From: Ruditapes philippinarum
Taxonomy: Eukaryota
DNA: 64,000 bases
Direction of reading: 5' to 3'
Assembly (NCBI RefSeq): GCF_026571515.1
Contig: NW_026854547.1
Coordinates: forward strand, 1-64,000
Part shown: positions 14,244 through 27,936 of the stretch, one piece after another
How positions within the stretch are numbered: the stretch's first letter is position 1
Layout of the letters: the number at the start of each line of letters is the position of its first letter
Position numbers and translations under genes: made by a program
The notes under the pieces: model-generated
Told to the model about the DNA's origin: nothing
The model's input: the letters and a program-made list of their open reading frames with translations, nothing else
Database searches by the model: none

Positions 14244-15347
14244 AAACCGTAGATTTATAAGGTGTCTTCGAACATATACTGTAAATACATATTGATAAGA
14301 GATTTCAGTAGGGCCTGTTTTTTTCTATTTGTATCATTTTCATTACTGACTTAAATTGTTTAATTTTATGTACATATATTTTATAAATGTTTTAGCCAAT
14401 TTTGTTCGAATGCTTATTTTATTATATACTCGCATACTATTTTAAATGTTATTTTTTTATCGGGTTTGTTTCTTCTGACATTGAATTACCTAGGACCTAT
14501 AAGCTCGTTTTTATAACATGCCTATTAGTATTTCTGGTAACATGGTCTCCTTCCGACATGGCGGTAGATATATTCACTGATTTATTTTCAACATAACAGA
14601 AAATATATGATAAACTTCATTGCATATTAAAACATGCATGTTTATGTACTATGTACTTATTGTTATTCAGTATTATACGGTCACATTTAATAAACATGTA
14701 TGTATATATATTTGTTCATTAAAAATAGAAAGACCATTTGCAATGTATCAATGTTTCTTTCTTTTGCCTCTTTGTAGTTTCCTTCCAATAGCAACGATAT
14801 ACTATTGCCAATCAAGACCAAATATACCGTCATGACGTAGTTTTTTTTACCAACACCAATTTCTATATATTGTGTACGTATAGTTTTATTAATTTCTTTT
14901 CTTTTGGGTGGGATAATAAGAGGGGAGATTACTCTCATATTTATAATTAAAGACCCTTTGCTAGAAGGTAATGTAACTATCTCTCATGATATAGACTCAA
15001 TAAAATCAATTTGCCAGAAAAATTTCTTGTCTAGGAATCTCTCCGTGTTTTTTTTCTTTTTGAAAGCGGGAATCAAACTAAACGTAAGATAAAATATTGA
15101 TAAGTTTTACTAATTTTGAAACATACGATTGCATTTACAATATTTTATAATTTTGTATAGAGTACATATTTATTGAAATGCAAAGATTAGAATACAAAAT
15201 TTACAATCTTCCAAATAAACTTACACGATAATTGCGGTATATATCAAATGAAATGTTTGATGCATGATTTGTGAGATAGAGATAAACCAATGTTTTTTAT
15301 AACACTATATCTCGTATAATAACATTATAATATTTACACCTCTAATT

Positions 15348-15410
15348 ATGTCTAGAGCCAATTTAAAAGCCGTATTTTATGTGAAATAGGGCCTACTGGA
15401 TATAAGTTAG
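15348..15410 (+). pseudogene. Orphan exon-1 remnant of a fifth SORD-like paralogue
   Basis: ATG TCT AGA GCC AAT TTA AAA GCC GTA TTT TAT encodes MSRANLKAVFY, versus [11 protein letters not shown] (copies 3/4) and MTEANLTAVFH (copy 2). An in-frame TAG follows, and no downstream exons were seen. Confidence 0.7.
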
Positions 15411-15574
15411 GTTGTGGAATCACCCTAATTCTCTTTAAATTGTAATAATCCTGCTAAATTACCATTACTATTTAATTAAAATGTATTATTTCTCAACATA
15501 ATGATTACTTACAGCTTTATATGTTTACTCTGTATTCTGTTTACTCATTCTAGGGTGGGAATTCCTAACCGATT

Positions 15575-15647
15575 CTGATTGGCTTAGATAAATCTTAAGT
15601 GCAATCTGATTGGTCGGGAATCCTTAACGGCTCAAATGTTATAAATA
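15575..15647 (+). promoter_or_regulatory. Two inverted CCAAT boxes 31 bp apart plus a TATA box (probably TE-borne)
   Basis: CTGATTGG at ~15575 and ~15606, TATAAATA at 15640. No intact gene downstream. Confidence 0.35.
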
Positions 15648-16058
15648 GAGCGACAATCCTTATATTTTTGAACAACAACGCCCACTTAAGTTGCTAAGGC
15701 GCGATAATTTAAAATTGAGCAGAAAGCATAAAAACTGAATTTTAGTAAGTTTTCTATTTAGGAAAGACTCCTAAATCACTTTGGAAAATGTATTAATCTT
15801 TTATTAAACAACATTCCCTGAATAAGAAGTGACGTACTTCATGTCATAACTTTTTATCCTAAATTAAACGAATATTAGACCAAAGAATCCAAACTTGATA
15901 AAAGCCCTGTTGACTTATATTTTAGGAAATCCTAAAATCACTGAAGATTTAAAATTAGGGAGTTGGCCCTTCCCACACAGTCTCAACAATAGTAAAAAGA
16001 TGTGTATAAATTCGCTAGTATAATGGTACATATTACTAAACAAACAGTGCCAAAATAA

Positions 16059-17020
16059 TTATCTCAATCCTTGAAAATACGCGCCTCCATGTGATATACA
16101 AAGTTTAAGTCTTTTGATCCAATTTTAAATGCGTTTTCATAATCTTTTCGAGGTGTCCAGTATACTGTCCAGACTTTGGAAAATAGCCGAACCGAGATTT
16201 TTTCGCGTTTGATTCTTTCTTCTGTAGCAAAGTGTTTTTTTAGCCCCGGAAATAGGAAAAAGTTACATGGGATAAGATCTGGCGAATAAGGAGCGTGAAG
16301 AAACTCGACAACCTTTTCCTGTGTACAATGGCCGCTTTGTGTGACGAAACATTTTCATGCACCACGGAGACCAGTTGCTGGTCGACGGTTTGTCGACGGT
16401 TTTTGAAATATTTCTTTTATTTATGAAGGACCTTGCCTTTGTAAAACTTGGCATTTACAGATTTACCCTTTGGTACGGCAATTTGAATAGCAGGACCTTG
16501 ATTAGTATAAAAATACATACATGACCTTTTGGACGCTCATGATGCGCTTTGTAATGCAAGGTCTTTGACTTCCATTTGTTGCCCATATTTTGTTATGTAT
16601 CTTTCACTTTGGCTCATAAAAGTGAATCCACGTCTACTCGTTAATGATGATTTTTGCGAAAGATCGATTGTTGTTTTTAAGGAGCTATTTCAACAATTGT
16701 TTTGGAGATTCTTACCCGAGAAAGTTTTTCCTCTTTTAAGGAGATGGGGTATTCATCTGGCACTTAACCTTCTCATTTTTAAATCACGCCAGAGAATTGT
16801 ATGAGCGGCTCCTACAGAGATACCAACGCATTTAGCTATATACGTATTTGTAAATCTTGCATCAGTAGCAATCAAATCCTTTACTTTTTCAACCATTTTT
16901 TGTCAAGTTGCAGTTTTCGGACGGCGTGCATGAAGTTCATATTTTCACTGAATCCACAACACTATTTATTTATTACACCACCGTGTGACAGATAAAAAAA
17001 AGTTCATTGTTCCCCAAAGG
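16059..17020 (-). mobile_element. Degenerate mariner (DD34D) transposase pseudogene
   Basis: Minus-strand fragments VEKVKDLIATDARFT..IAKCVGISVGAAHTIL, SAR*IPHLL (WVPHEL), E*TWIHFYEPK, HENVSSH, HAPYSPDLIPCNFFLFPGLKK (YSPDL) and WIKRLKLCISHGGAYF. Many stops and frameshifts. TIRs not resolved. Confidence 0.88.
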
Positions 17021-19816
17021 AAACAAATAAAATTTCTTTAAAATGTTTTTTCGCCTTTTAACTAATGTAACAAAATGGTTTTAAAACACAGGGTAGATTT
17101 TTGGTTTAAATTCTTTTTATTTTTTCCCCAATTTTACATATCAGTCAATATAAAATGTCATGACGAATATACAATAATTTCTCTGTTGAATTCTTTAATC
17201 AAGGAAACTAAAATGACATAATAAAAACAAGTTTGCACATATAATTATACAATAAATTAAGAAACTTTTTAAATAACATCTTAATTAATTTATAGACTTA
17301 AGATCACTAAAATGAAAAAAAGAAATTTGGGAAACTCTTTGTTTTTCCCAATTTAAACTTTAAATTTAAATAATGTTTACTTTATTAAAAAAGGTAAAAA
17401 ACCCAACAAAACTCTTAAAACTTCAAAAATCTATGGGATCTTAAGCCTGATTCCACAATAAACCAATGACAAATCATATCACTTCACAATCACAATACAT
17501 CCTGTCTCACGTGAAATGGTTTTAACTGTGAAACAAGATTAAAACATAATAATACATGCTGGTTATAAAAATATAGAATTGAAAGAAGAAAGTAAATGAC
17601 TGCCATTTTGGAACATTCAACGCGCTGTAAAAATACAACATTGCAAAATAAAACCGAATAATAAATAATCATTTCAGCCATCACCAAAACTACCTTAAAA
17701 TACTTCCTCACAAACACTTGGATAGCTCAACCAAATGTAAATCATATAAACAAGTTCCCAAAATTAACAAGAAGTGGTCCTCTACATCAACCACGTAAAC
17801 TCTTTTTCAAAACCTGCGCACAAGAAAAGCATTGATGCAAAGCATCAAAAAGGGCGTCCAAAAGCAAAAAAAATGCGGGCCAATGAAGATGAACTAGTAC
17901 ACATATAAATGAAAAAGATATTTTTTATAAACAAACCAAAAAATTTGTATACCACTTATGAATGGGGGAAACCAAGGGGAAAGACTTTGTTCTTTAATGA
18001 ACTTTGATTGGCAGCTAGAGTTTAGAAATTAAACTTGTTTTTCTTTTATGTTTCGTGGTTTTTAATAGCAACGGATAACATGTATGCAATCATTTAAAAA
18101 CCCCAATATGGGGTAACGCATGATCAACACGAAAACCAAAACCATTTGCCCCCCTTTTTAATGAAACATTTTTATTCGCTATTAGCGAAGACCCCCTTAA
18201 GGTATTGTTCACATTTTAAGTTGGGTAAAATATGCCCCCGGGTTTATTTTAAACCATGTTGACCCAATGTTGACAAAATTGTTTTTTTTAAATACAATAA
18301 TTGTAATATCTATTAATTTTAAATTTAAAAAAAATTTACAAATTTTTATGAATATTGTTTTCTTTTAATTCTTTTTGGTGTTTTATGTGCTATTTTAATA
18401 CTGAGTTTTTACGTAACTCTTTTTTATTAAAATTGTAAATTTTTAATTATTTTAAGATTTCAAATTGTCTATTGACCGGACGATTATAAGTAAAAGAAAT
18501 TAACTGGGAAAAAAGGTCAGTAAAATTATGGTTTAAAATTCTTTCAATTTATATAAATATTGTTTAATTCTTAAACCATGTACATGTACATTGTATTTTT
18601 TCTTTATCATTTTTTTAAATTATCGATCCAATTGAATAATTCCCATAAATCTAATTTGTAACTTTGAAATTTCCTCGGCAATCTTTACTAAACACGGATA
18701 ACAAAATTGAATAATTAAATAAAAATGTTTCAAAAGTTGGGATAATGTCATTTTAATCCATAAAAAATGTACTTTTTTTTTCTCAATTATTGTACATATC
18801 CCACGGATTTATATTACATATAAATCCGTGTACATAATTTATTGTTTTTTATCTCATATAGATAAAATGAAACATGCTATTTGTTTGTTTTTTTCCAATT
18901 GTAACGAATATCAAACATCTACTCCAAAATCGGGAGAGACCGGACAATAAACGTGTGGTACTATTCCCGCCGTCACTAGTAAATCCTGGTCAAAAATAGA
19001 ACCGGGAGAGACGGCAATTTACCGATAGGAGTGATAAAAAAGATATATCTATAAATAGGTTTTTGGAATAATTTAGGTCATCAACTGAATCATTCTAGGA
19101 TACATGTACAACAATAACAATACCATGAATGAATAACCCGACTGTGTACTACAAAAATGATAAATAAAAACCCCGAAGAGCAGGCGATTTATTGACGGAA
19201 AAGTTATTTCATTTGTAATGTTTGGGCATTGCGAAAATTCAATTGACATATCGCGACAATTTCATTCTTATTTTAATAAATCAAGGGCACCCTCAATGAC
19301 CGGATAACGGAAATTTTCGGCTTTAATTAGGGACCGGACCTAAAAAGGCTCGAGAAGTTTGCTGTCGCCCTTTCACAAAATCTGATTCTCATTCCATAAA
19401 GAGCGCGGGCGCTTCGGGACGCCAACAGAACATTCCCGAGCCAAAAACTCGGGGGCGAGATCAACACAGAAAACAAGGAAAATAAAAGACCAGCAAGAAC
19501 TTATCAAAACCTAAAGAAATAAAACACCGGAAAGAGCTGACACGTTTCATAATACTGTCATACGAAAATATGACCCTGCTACACTAAGAACACAGCAACC
19601 GTATTTGGTCAGTGAAAGGAGAGCTTTTTCCAACCACTTTATCTTTAGTATACACGAGTGCTAGACTGAACTGATTTACACATGTGAGCTTACATAACCA
19701 TGTACATAGTTCGTTAAAAGCGAGATATTGGCCTAGTTGCATTCATATTTGAACACCCCTCGTAGGTTTCTGTGATTACATATTTTGAATAATTTATAAT
19801 GACACCCCGTCCGTTT

Positions 19817-20046
19817 CAAAGGTGCTAGTGGCATTGATTTGACCTAAAATGTGTTGAACCTTGTTATTTATGCACTAAAACATCAATATATTAAAAAAAA
19901 AAATTAAAAAAAAATTTTTCACTGTTATATTATTATAGACAGTAATAATATAACAGTGAAAAAAAAATTTTTTTTTTTTTAATATATTGATGTTTTAGTG
20001 CATAAATAACAAGGTTAAACACATTTTAATGCCACTAGCACCTTTG
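19817..20046. mobile_element. Fully palindromic (fold-back) MITE, P-element-like
   Basis: Arms of ~105-115 bp with termini CAAAGGTGCTAGTGGCATT / AATGCCACTAGCACCTTTG. Exact 8-bp TSD GTCCGTTT at 19809-19816 and 20047-20054. Confidence 0.85.
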
Positions 20047-22186
20047 GTCCGTTTTAGGTTTGTTGTTTTTTTGCCCGTGCGCTGTTTGGTGTCCTGCTGT
20101 GCTCGATGCCGGTGGTCCTTTGTTAGGGGATGCGTTCATTGAATGCCGCCCTTCGTTAATGATTTTGTTTTTCATATTTGAGGCGGTGCAACTTTTTCTT
20201 TAAATTTAGTTTTGAAAGAGAAATGAGTAGGAGTATTTCGGGTATCAAGATCTAAACTGTTCAATGATTTAATAGAAGATGGTATAACTGATTTTGAATA
20301 AATTTATAAACGTCGGGTAATACATTTTTTAAGTGACATTATGCTACGTTGTTACATTGTCAAGTTAAGTTGAATTGACTACATATTTTAAAAGATTGAT
20401 TAATATAATGGTGATTGACAGTTGATACTGGAAAATGTTTATGATAAAATATTAATCTGCCTAAAATATGAAAAGACGGTCCTACTCTTTTTTTATAAAA
20501 TTGAACATAACAGGTAAAATTCGATGAATATTTACAGATATTTCCCTTAATCTTGTGAGTTTTTTCATCACTTAATACTTATGTGTAGAAAATTCTAAAA
20601 ATGAAAGAAATTATGGCAAAATGTAAACTTATTTTAACTTTCACCTGTAAACTCACTATATACCCTTGGGTGAACATTATGTCACTTTAAATTATATGTA
20701 CTATCATTACGAACTATTTCCGAAAAGGTATTACTCAGATAACAGGGAAGCCCGCCTTGATTTAGTTTCAAAACTAGGCTAATTTTTTTTTCATTTTCCT
20801 TCTGTCTGCAAGTGATACCCAACCAATTTCATGAAGAAAGTACGCGACAGATACTGACCTTGTTAGATCAGTCATAATTTGCGCGGCATAGTATTCAATG
20901 TTTTCAAGTATGTTTTGTTCATACAAAAAACAACAGTCCCACACTAAATATGCATATTCAATAATCTTTCTTAAATTCGCTATATAAATTTGATTCAGCG
21001 TTTTTCTTTTCTTTTTAATTCAAACTTTAGCATATGCATTGTTCCAAGAATGTTATAAGCAGAGGTAAAAATAATGATAAATTATTAATGTAATAATATA
21101 TGTTTAAATATGAAAAGACTGTCCAAGTCTAAATAAATAATTACTGAATGTTCGTGTTTGTGTCACTTTTATGCCACCGCATGTTTGTGTGGCTTGGCTG
21201 TTTATTATAAGCAGAAGTAGTAATATCCGAAATATCTTGATGCCAAGAACCATCCTCTTTTGATGCTTATGAAAGTAAATGCCGGGAATCTCGCGATTAT
21301 TTTTGGTAAATTGATGTGTTCGGTATAATAAAAAAAATCATATCGCACTGCGGGTGATAGAACTATAAAAGCTTGACCTTGACTCTAATGTGTTAGCGCG
21401 ACGTATATCCCTACCGAAAATGCATTTGTGCATGACATTCTGTAAAACAAAATCATTTTAATCTGATCAACGTACGACTACATTTGCAAAATGTAATCAT
21501 TTTTATTAAGTACAAGCTCACTGGTACGCAACGATTAACATTAAAGTTTAATTTTAAGTTGCATGTAGATTTTGTTGCCCGTAAGTGATTGATATGTATG
21601 CAAATGTAATCAGTTAAAGTGGTGATAAGTTTACAGACGTTTTAATAGCTGAAAACGGTCATTTTATCAAGGGTAATGTCAGGTAATAATATATTACATC
21701 AGCATAGCCAACATGTTCTTTATATCTAAGTTGACTTTTTTATATCAACTCTTATGCAGTTATTCTCCAAATACATGTACATTTATAAATGACACACATT
21801 GACTGTACCACATTTTTGCTATTCATTCCATACACACGGAAATTGTATTGCAGTCCATAAACTCGGGGATTAAATTTGAATAAAGAATGATTAAATGTTG
21901 TATTCTTTACTAATTTGTTTAAATTAGAAATTTATTTAAACTTTTATTGCATAAGAATTTATTTTATTTTTTTTTTTTTTTTTTTTTTTTTTTTGTTACA
22001 AATAGTTTTCATTTTTAACGTCTAGGACGTAATATTATGCCCCAGTTTTACGTAGTGCATGCTCAAGTATGACAGATTTAACCTGCATAATATTTGCATT
22101 ACGAATAGTGAGATAGAGAATTAGATGTAACTGTGCATTAACTCCGGGTTTTCTAGTATAATACCGTATTAATTTGACTTCTTGAT

Positions 22187-25100
22187 ATGTCTGGAGGAAA
22201 TTTAAGAGCAGTGTTTTATGGAAAAGAGAATATACGTTTAGTAAGTTGTTTCATGCATTTTTAGTAAATATGTTTGATTTAAAAACATCTTGTAATCTTC
22301 TTTTTGTATACAAAGATGTACTATAAACTGCAAGTCGACACAAATACAAGACAAGGTCAATCTTTGTCGCTTTAACTTTGTCGATCCCATCGTCTAATTT
22401 TATTTTAATCAATTAAAGTAAATATGATATAATTAGGTTATGCATATATATTCGTATCGGTACAACAAATTAACACAATGATCCAATTAGGCCAGCTGCG
22501 TTGTTAATTTGAATTACTGAACAGACTGTCATTTTTTCTATTTAGAGAGAAGAACAGATACCAGAGCCAGGCCAAGGACGTTTGTATTTCTATTTACTTT
22601 TTATAAATCATTAAATCAAGGAGATATTGACGGCCATTAAAATACAACTCGTTTTCTCTTTCTCTTTTGCACTGCTATTAAAGTTATGAATTGAATGTTT
22701 CAATGCGTTTGTACTATTTATATACACCATGCAACAGATGTCAACATAAACCGATTTCTCTATGCAAATATGACAAATACAACCATTTGAAACATGCAGT
22801 TAAGAGAATTTAAAGACAAAAATATATAACGATGATAACATAATAAAATGAGAAACTGCTTGAATGCAAATTCTTTCCATCTGTCCAACAAAACATTTTA
22901 GCAAATAGGGCTAGTGGAGTTTTGCTACCAAGCGATGACTTTTATTTCATGATAATATTTTATATAAAATATAGATATAATAAAGCTTAAGCTATATCAA
23001 AGGAGCTTGATATTCTATCATAATAATCGCTCTAAAGTCCGATTAAAAATCCAAACCTTGAAATTCTATCGGACTTTAGAGCTTGAAATTCTATATAGTC
23101 CGATTTAAAAATCCATACCTATGCATTTTTATATATAGGTATTGAGTTTTTAAATCAAACTTTAGAGCGATTATTGATAGAATTTCAAGCTTCTGTGGCT
23201 ATAAAAAGTTTAAAACAATTTTGCAGAAATACAAATCCGTGTAGAAAATGTTGGAATATGTGGTTCGGATTTAAGTTTCTGGAATCATAACGGAATCCCG
23301 GACTGTCTTGAAGGTAAAGATCCCTATGGTATAGGACATGAGGGCGCGGGCATTGTGTCAAAGATAGGTGAAGGAGTCACTTCCCTAAAGATTGGTAATG
23401 TATTCCTTCTCTTTTATGTAGTGTATTACCTTTTTAATCTATGATAATTGGAAATGTATCCACGTTTTTAATTTTTACATTACTGTCATGTTATAACAGT
23501 GTCTATCATTAGTTTCGTTTTATTTGCGACCATTCATTTTATTTTATTTTCAATGTCATTTCACTCATTATTTGCATAAATGCGCATAACGCTCAGTGTG
23601 TTACAATATTCTTTGAATCTGCCAAATTTTTCATTTGTCTGCACTATCCATTTGTTCACACCCATAGCTCATTAATGTCTGTTACTTTGGCCGTTTGTTC
23701 TGTTGCCTAACTTGTCTGTTTCGAATTATCCACAATGTCCATTTTCATTGACAATTTACTCTGTTGTCGTGTTCATTATTCGTATTGTGTTGCACATATG
23801 TTCCATTGTATTGTCCACTTTATCCTGCAGCATTGCTAACTTGTTTGTTGTATAATCATTCTTATTGTCCATTTATGTATGTTCGATTTTCCAATATCAG
23901 TTGGTTCTGTCGCATCACTCATCACAGGTTATCTACATTGCGTTTTTTTTTTTTTCTTTTCTATTGTATTGTCCATTTCCTCTGCTGCATTGCTTATGTG
24001 TTCTGGTGTATTATCTTTAAAGACTAGGGTTTCATCAAAATATCAATATATTTTTTACATTTTGTGTACGTAAATTTACTTTTTAACATTTAACAAATTT
24101 TCTGTCTCGATTTACTTTTTTTCAATTGATGTGTCATTTAAGCTCATTGTATAGCTTCATCTTATTTTGGCAAGTGCATGAATTTGAATAATTTTAAAAC
24201 ATCTGTAAATATCTCTGCAGTTCATACTTCTGTTTTATAAAACGTTTTTTTTGAACAACTATAAATGAACATATTGTCAGCAAACAAAGAAAATACAAGT
24301 CAGATTAATTTGAATTCTGATAAAGCAAAACTAATGTTCTATGCTTTGCGTCAGTGTGATGACCTCTCGTATTTATGCCTTGAGCATTTCTCTACGTTTT
24401 TTGATACATTCAAACAAAATTATTCCTAACACGTGCAAAAATAAAATTCATATAGGCGACAAGGTTGCCATGGATCCATTGTCCAGCTGTGAAAGGTGCT
24501 ATGACTGTAAAACGGGACGGTTCAATTTATGTGAGAAAGTAACGATATGTGGTTTCCCTGGACATTGGGGCTACATGGCAAGATATTTCGTCGAGAATGC
24601 TAAACATTGTTTTCGGTAAGTCGTATTTCTATCTGTTTAAGAGAATGAAGAGATTAACTTCAAAAATATACTGTGGTTACGGGCAATGTACATTATAATT
24701 TAATGCATGTACTTAAATAATAAATACATTGTCAATTTTATGTTTGATATATATTATTTATCACCTTTTTAAGAAATAAAGAACCCAGCTTTTGTTTCAT
24801 CAAATGATTTTGATTAATTTAAATAATACATTGTTATTTAGCTTTTGAAGCTAGTTTTTGTCAAATTCAGTTAAGTTAAATGTTAATTCCAATTAATACA
24901 ATAAAGTTGATTTTTTTAGGTTACCGGATCACCTTAGCACAGAGGAAGGTGCTATGCTCGAGCCTCTTGCTGTCGCCCTTCATGGGTGCCGCCGTGCTGG
25001 AGTGTCTGCTGGAAACAATGTTCTCATAACTGGAGCAGGTATATCATTGTGTCAAAAGAACCTTATAACAATACATGCATATCGAATCACTTTAACGACA

Positions 25101-27936
25101 TGTTTGCAGATGGATCTGCCCTGTTTTAATATTAAGAATAGGAACAATTAACATTTGTAAGTTATGTTGTCAATTTTACAGTTCCTTAAAGTTCCCATTA
25201 GGGGTGTACTACCTTAGCCCGTTTATGATATAGAAGGTTGAAATAAGTCAGCAGACTGGCTTGACTTGATGCAAAGTCATTCAGGTAGCGCGGATTCAGA
25301 GGCAGGATCCCCCTCAGGGATTTGGCTGGTACATCTATCATTCTGAGATTTGGAAATCAGCTTACGTTTTCTTTGTGACACTCAAGCAAAAGCTAGCACA
25401 AATCACTAAAACAGTTTGACTCATAACCCCTCTAGAAAAGAAATAATTGTCATCCCCTCTGTGAAATATGCTTTCTTTTATTAAAGTTCTGCGACACCCT
25501 CAGGTAACAGGTAAAAAAATTCCTTCATCCACGCCTGAGCACAGTAACGTAACGGGCACCAAACTTGACAACGTTTCATGTATAAATTGCAGATTATATT
25601 TGAAGTGAACGGTCTTATGATAAGATAAATATTATCATCCTTCTCTAGAGCAGAAAATGAATGAATGAATGAATGAATGAATGAATGAATGAATGAATGA
25701 ATGAATGAATGAATGAATGAATGAATGAATGATGTTTTAATCTACAGATTAATTAAATTAGACATTGAATGTTATTTTATTTTCAGGTCCTATAGGACTA
25801 CTGTCCATGAAGGGAGCAAGAGCACTTGGTGCTTCAAACATTTGTGTAACAGGTTTTTTGTTTGTCTACTTTTCATTAAACAAAAATGAAAACATTTAGT
25901 CGATTGTGTGTTCATAAAATATAATACAGATAATATTTTCAGTTAGAAAACAAACTTGTTTGATAGGCTGCTTAATATAGAACGTTGCTCTGTACACAAA
26001 TTGGTAGTACTCGACAAGATATTTAACTTGTCAAAGTTATGATTTAGAATGAACTTTGAGGTATATAAATTTTAAATTTTGTATGTGCTTATGTAAACTC
26101 TTAGTCCCTTATCATGGTGATATCTTGAGAAGTCTTGGAAGTATGTGATAGTGTTTGATAATGTATAGTATTTTATAAGTCGCCAGTAAATCAAATATTT
26201 GATTGGTTTCATATACAATGTACATGTATGTATGTATGCCATTGTTTTATCTTGTACTGTACATTGATTGAATTATACATATTTGTTATTGAGACTCTAA
26301 TACATAAATAAATAAATAAATACTTTTTCTATATATAAGTATGTATCAATTCGTAATTCTTGCTTTACATAACATATGCAGGTGTATGTGATTCAAAGAG
26401 TAATAGTCCTTTATTAATGAATATTGTAACCGCCTCCGTGGTTGAGGGGTTAGAGTCGATGACTTCTAATCTAGTTACCTCTTTGGCGTGTGTTCGATCC
26501 CCGGGAGATGCTTTGGTAGTTTAAGGCGGAGGAAGGTAGTCTAGTTCTGGTGTTACTCTCAAGGACCGCTGGTTAGGAAACTACCCGCCTATATGACTGA
26601 AATACTGTTGGAGAAAGGCGTAAAATGAAACAAACAAACAAACAATGAATATTGTTGTACTCTGTATTTGTGCACTATTTCTCTATTTTATTTGACTAAA
26701 ATTTGTATTATTTTATATGTGTGTACCATTTATCACATTATTACAGATGTTAATGAAACTCGTGTAAAACTGGCAAAGCAATTAGGAGCTGATTACGCAT
26801 TAGACGTTACTTCAAAAGGAGTATTGGAAATTGAAAAAATGGTAGAGGAGTGTTTTGGAGAGAAGCCTCACATGACAATAGAGTGCAGTGGAGCACCGAC
26901 TGCCATTCAATCAGCCATTAGGGTAAATTATCTAATGTGAACTAACTGAACGTTTTTCAGTACACCGACGGTTATGTGCATCTCGAACATTGTATTATGA
27001 CTGATTATTTAATTTAGATATGGAAGTTTATGCAATTAACTTATTCACAAAACTAAAGATGATCTAAATATAAAGGAATAGAAAAACGAGGGACTTTCAT
27101 AATAAAATACACAAAAAATGGTGATGAACCTTAAAATTGACTAAATGACGAGTAAGCATGATTACTATTAGTATTTGCAGTTTCCAGCTCAAAAGTATGG
27201 TTTTTTGATAAGACCTAATCATAATTTGGCTAAAAAAAAGATTTTAAGACAACGTTGATGTACATAGATTATGTGACAATATTTCGATTTTACATGCATG
27301 TCATTTGTTGCATGATGACAATGTGCACAGCGGTTGAATCCATGTGTTATTTGTATCATCTATGTTTTTTGTTTTCTGTTTCCCTTCAAGTCTACAAGAA
27401 ATGGTGGCCGTGTTTCGCAGATCGCACTAGGGGAAGGAAATGTCACAATACCGTTGATTAACGCCTCCTTTAGGGAGGTCGATATTTTAGGGATTAGGTC
27501 AAACCCGTATTGTACCCCATTGGCTCTGGACCTTGTTGCTTCCGGTAAATACACTCTACTTGTAATCTTGAATAGGATAGATTGGATCTTTCTTCAAATA
27601 ATAAAATGCACTGTAGATTTTTTTGAACATGTAATTGTTCATTTAATTGTTCAAAATTAATATATGTGAAATAGTGTCTCCTTTCCCATCTTAAACAGTG
27701 TCGCCCCTTTGAAAAACGTTTTATGCTGTTATGACTAGACAAATAAATATAAATAAACTAATAAAACAGATATGTATTACAAAACAGTATATATTGTTGT
27801 GATATTAATTTCAGGCCAGATTGACGTTAAGCCCCTTGTTACACATAGGTTTGATTTGGAAAATGTTGCTGAAGCTTTTAAAAAGGCAGAGACACGTGAC
27901 TGTGGGAAGGTCATGGTCAGATGTAACAAGGACTAA
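22187..27936 (+). CDS. SORD-like zinc MDR dehydrogenase, copy 3 (9 exons, 350 aa)
   Basis: Exons 22187-22240, 22546-22579, 23227-23394, 24456-24615, 24920-25038, 25787-25852, 26747-26922, 27391-27544 and 27815-27936. Lengths and phases are identical to copy 2 and the frame is open through to TAA. Confidence 0.95.
23003..23191. mobile_element. Small fold-back MITE
   Basis: AGCTTGATATTCTATCA..ATAATCGCTCTAAAGT is inverted against ACTTTAGAGCGATTATTGATAGAATTTCAAGCT. Confidence 0.55.
25656..25732 (+). repeat. (TGAA)n microsatellite, SORD-like copy 3 intron 5
   Basis: About 19 perfect TGAA units. Confidence 0.95.
26428..26643 (+). mobile_element. tRNA-derived SINE (MetaSINE-like)
   Basis: A box, B box GTTCGATCCC, 3' ATATGACTGAAATACTGTTG...GGCGTAAAA, (AAAC)n tail, and a 12-bp TSD AATGAATATTGT at 26416-26427 and 26644-26655. 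Confidence 0.88.

Noticed and set aside
14955-14995. LEGNVTIS resembling SORD exon 8 (GEGNVTIP)
   Set aside because: Only about 6 residues match, with no flanking similarity or splice sites. Likely chance.
17300-19560. Possible degenerate LINE/Penelope coding fragments
   Set aside because: Motif hints are too short and the sequence looks indel-corrupted, so no assignment is possible.
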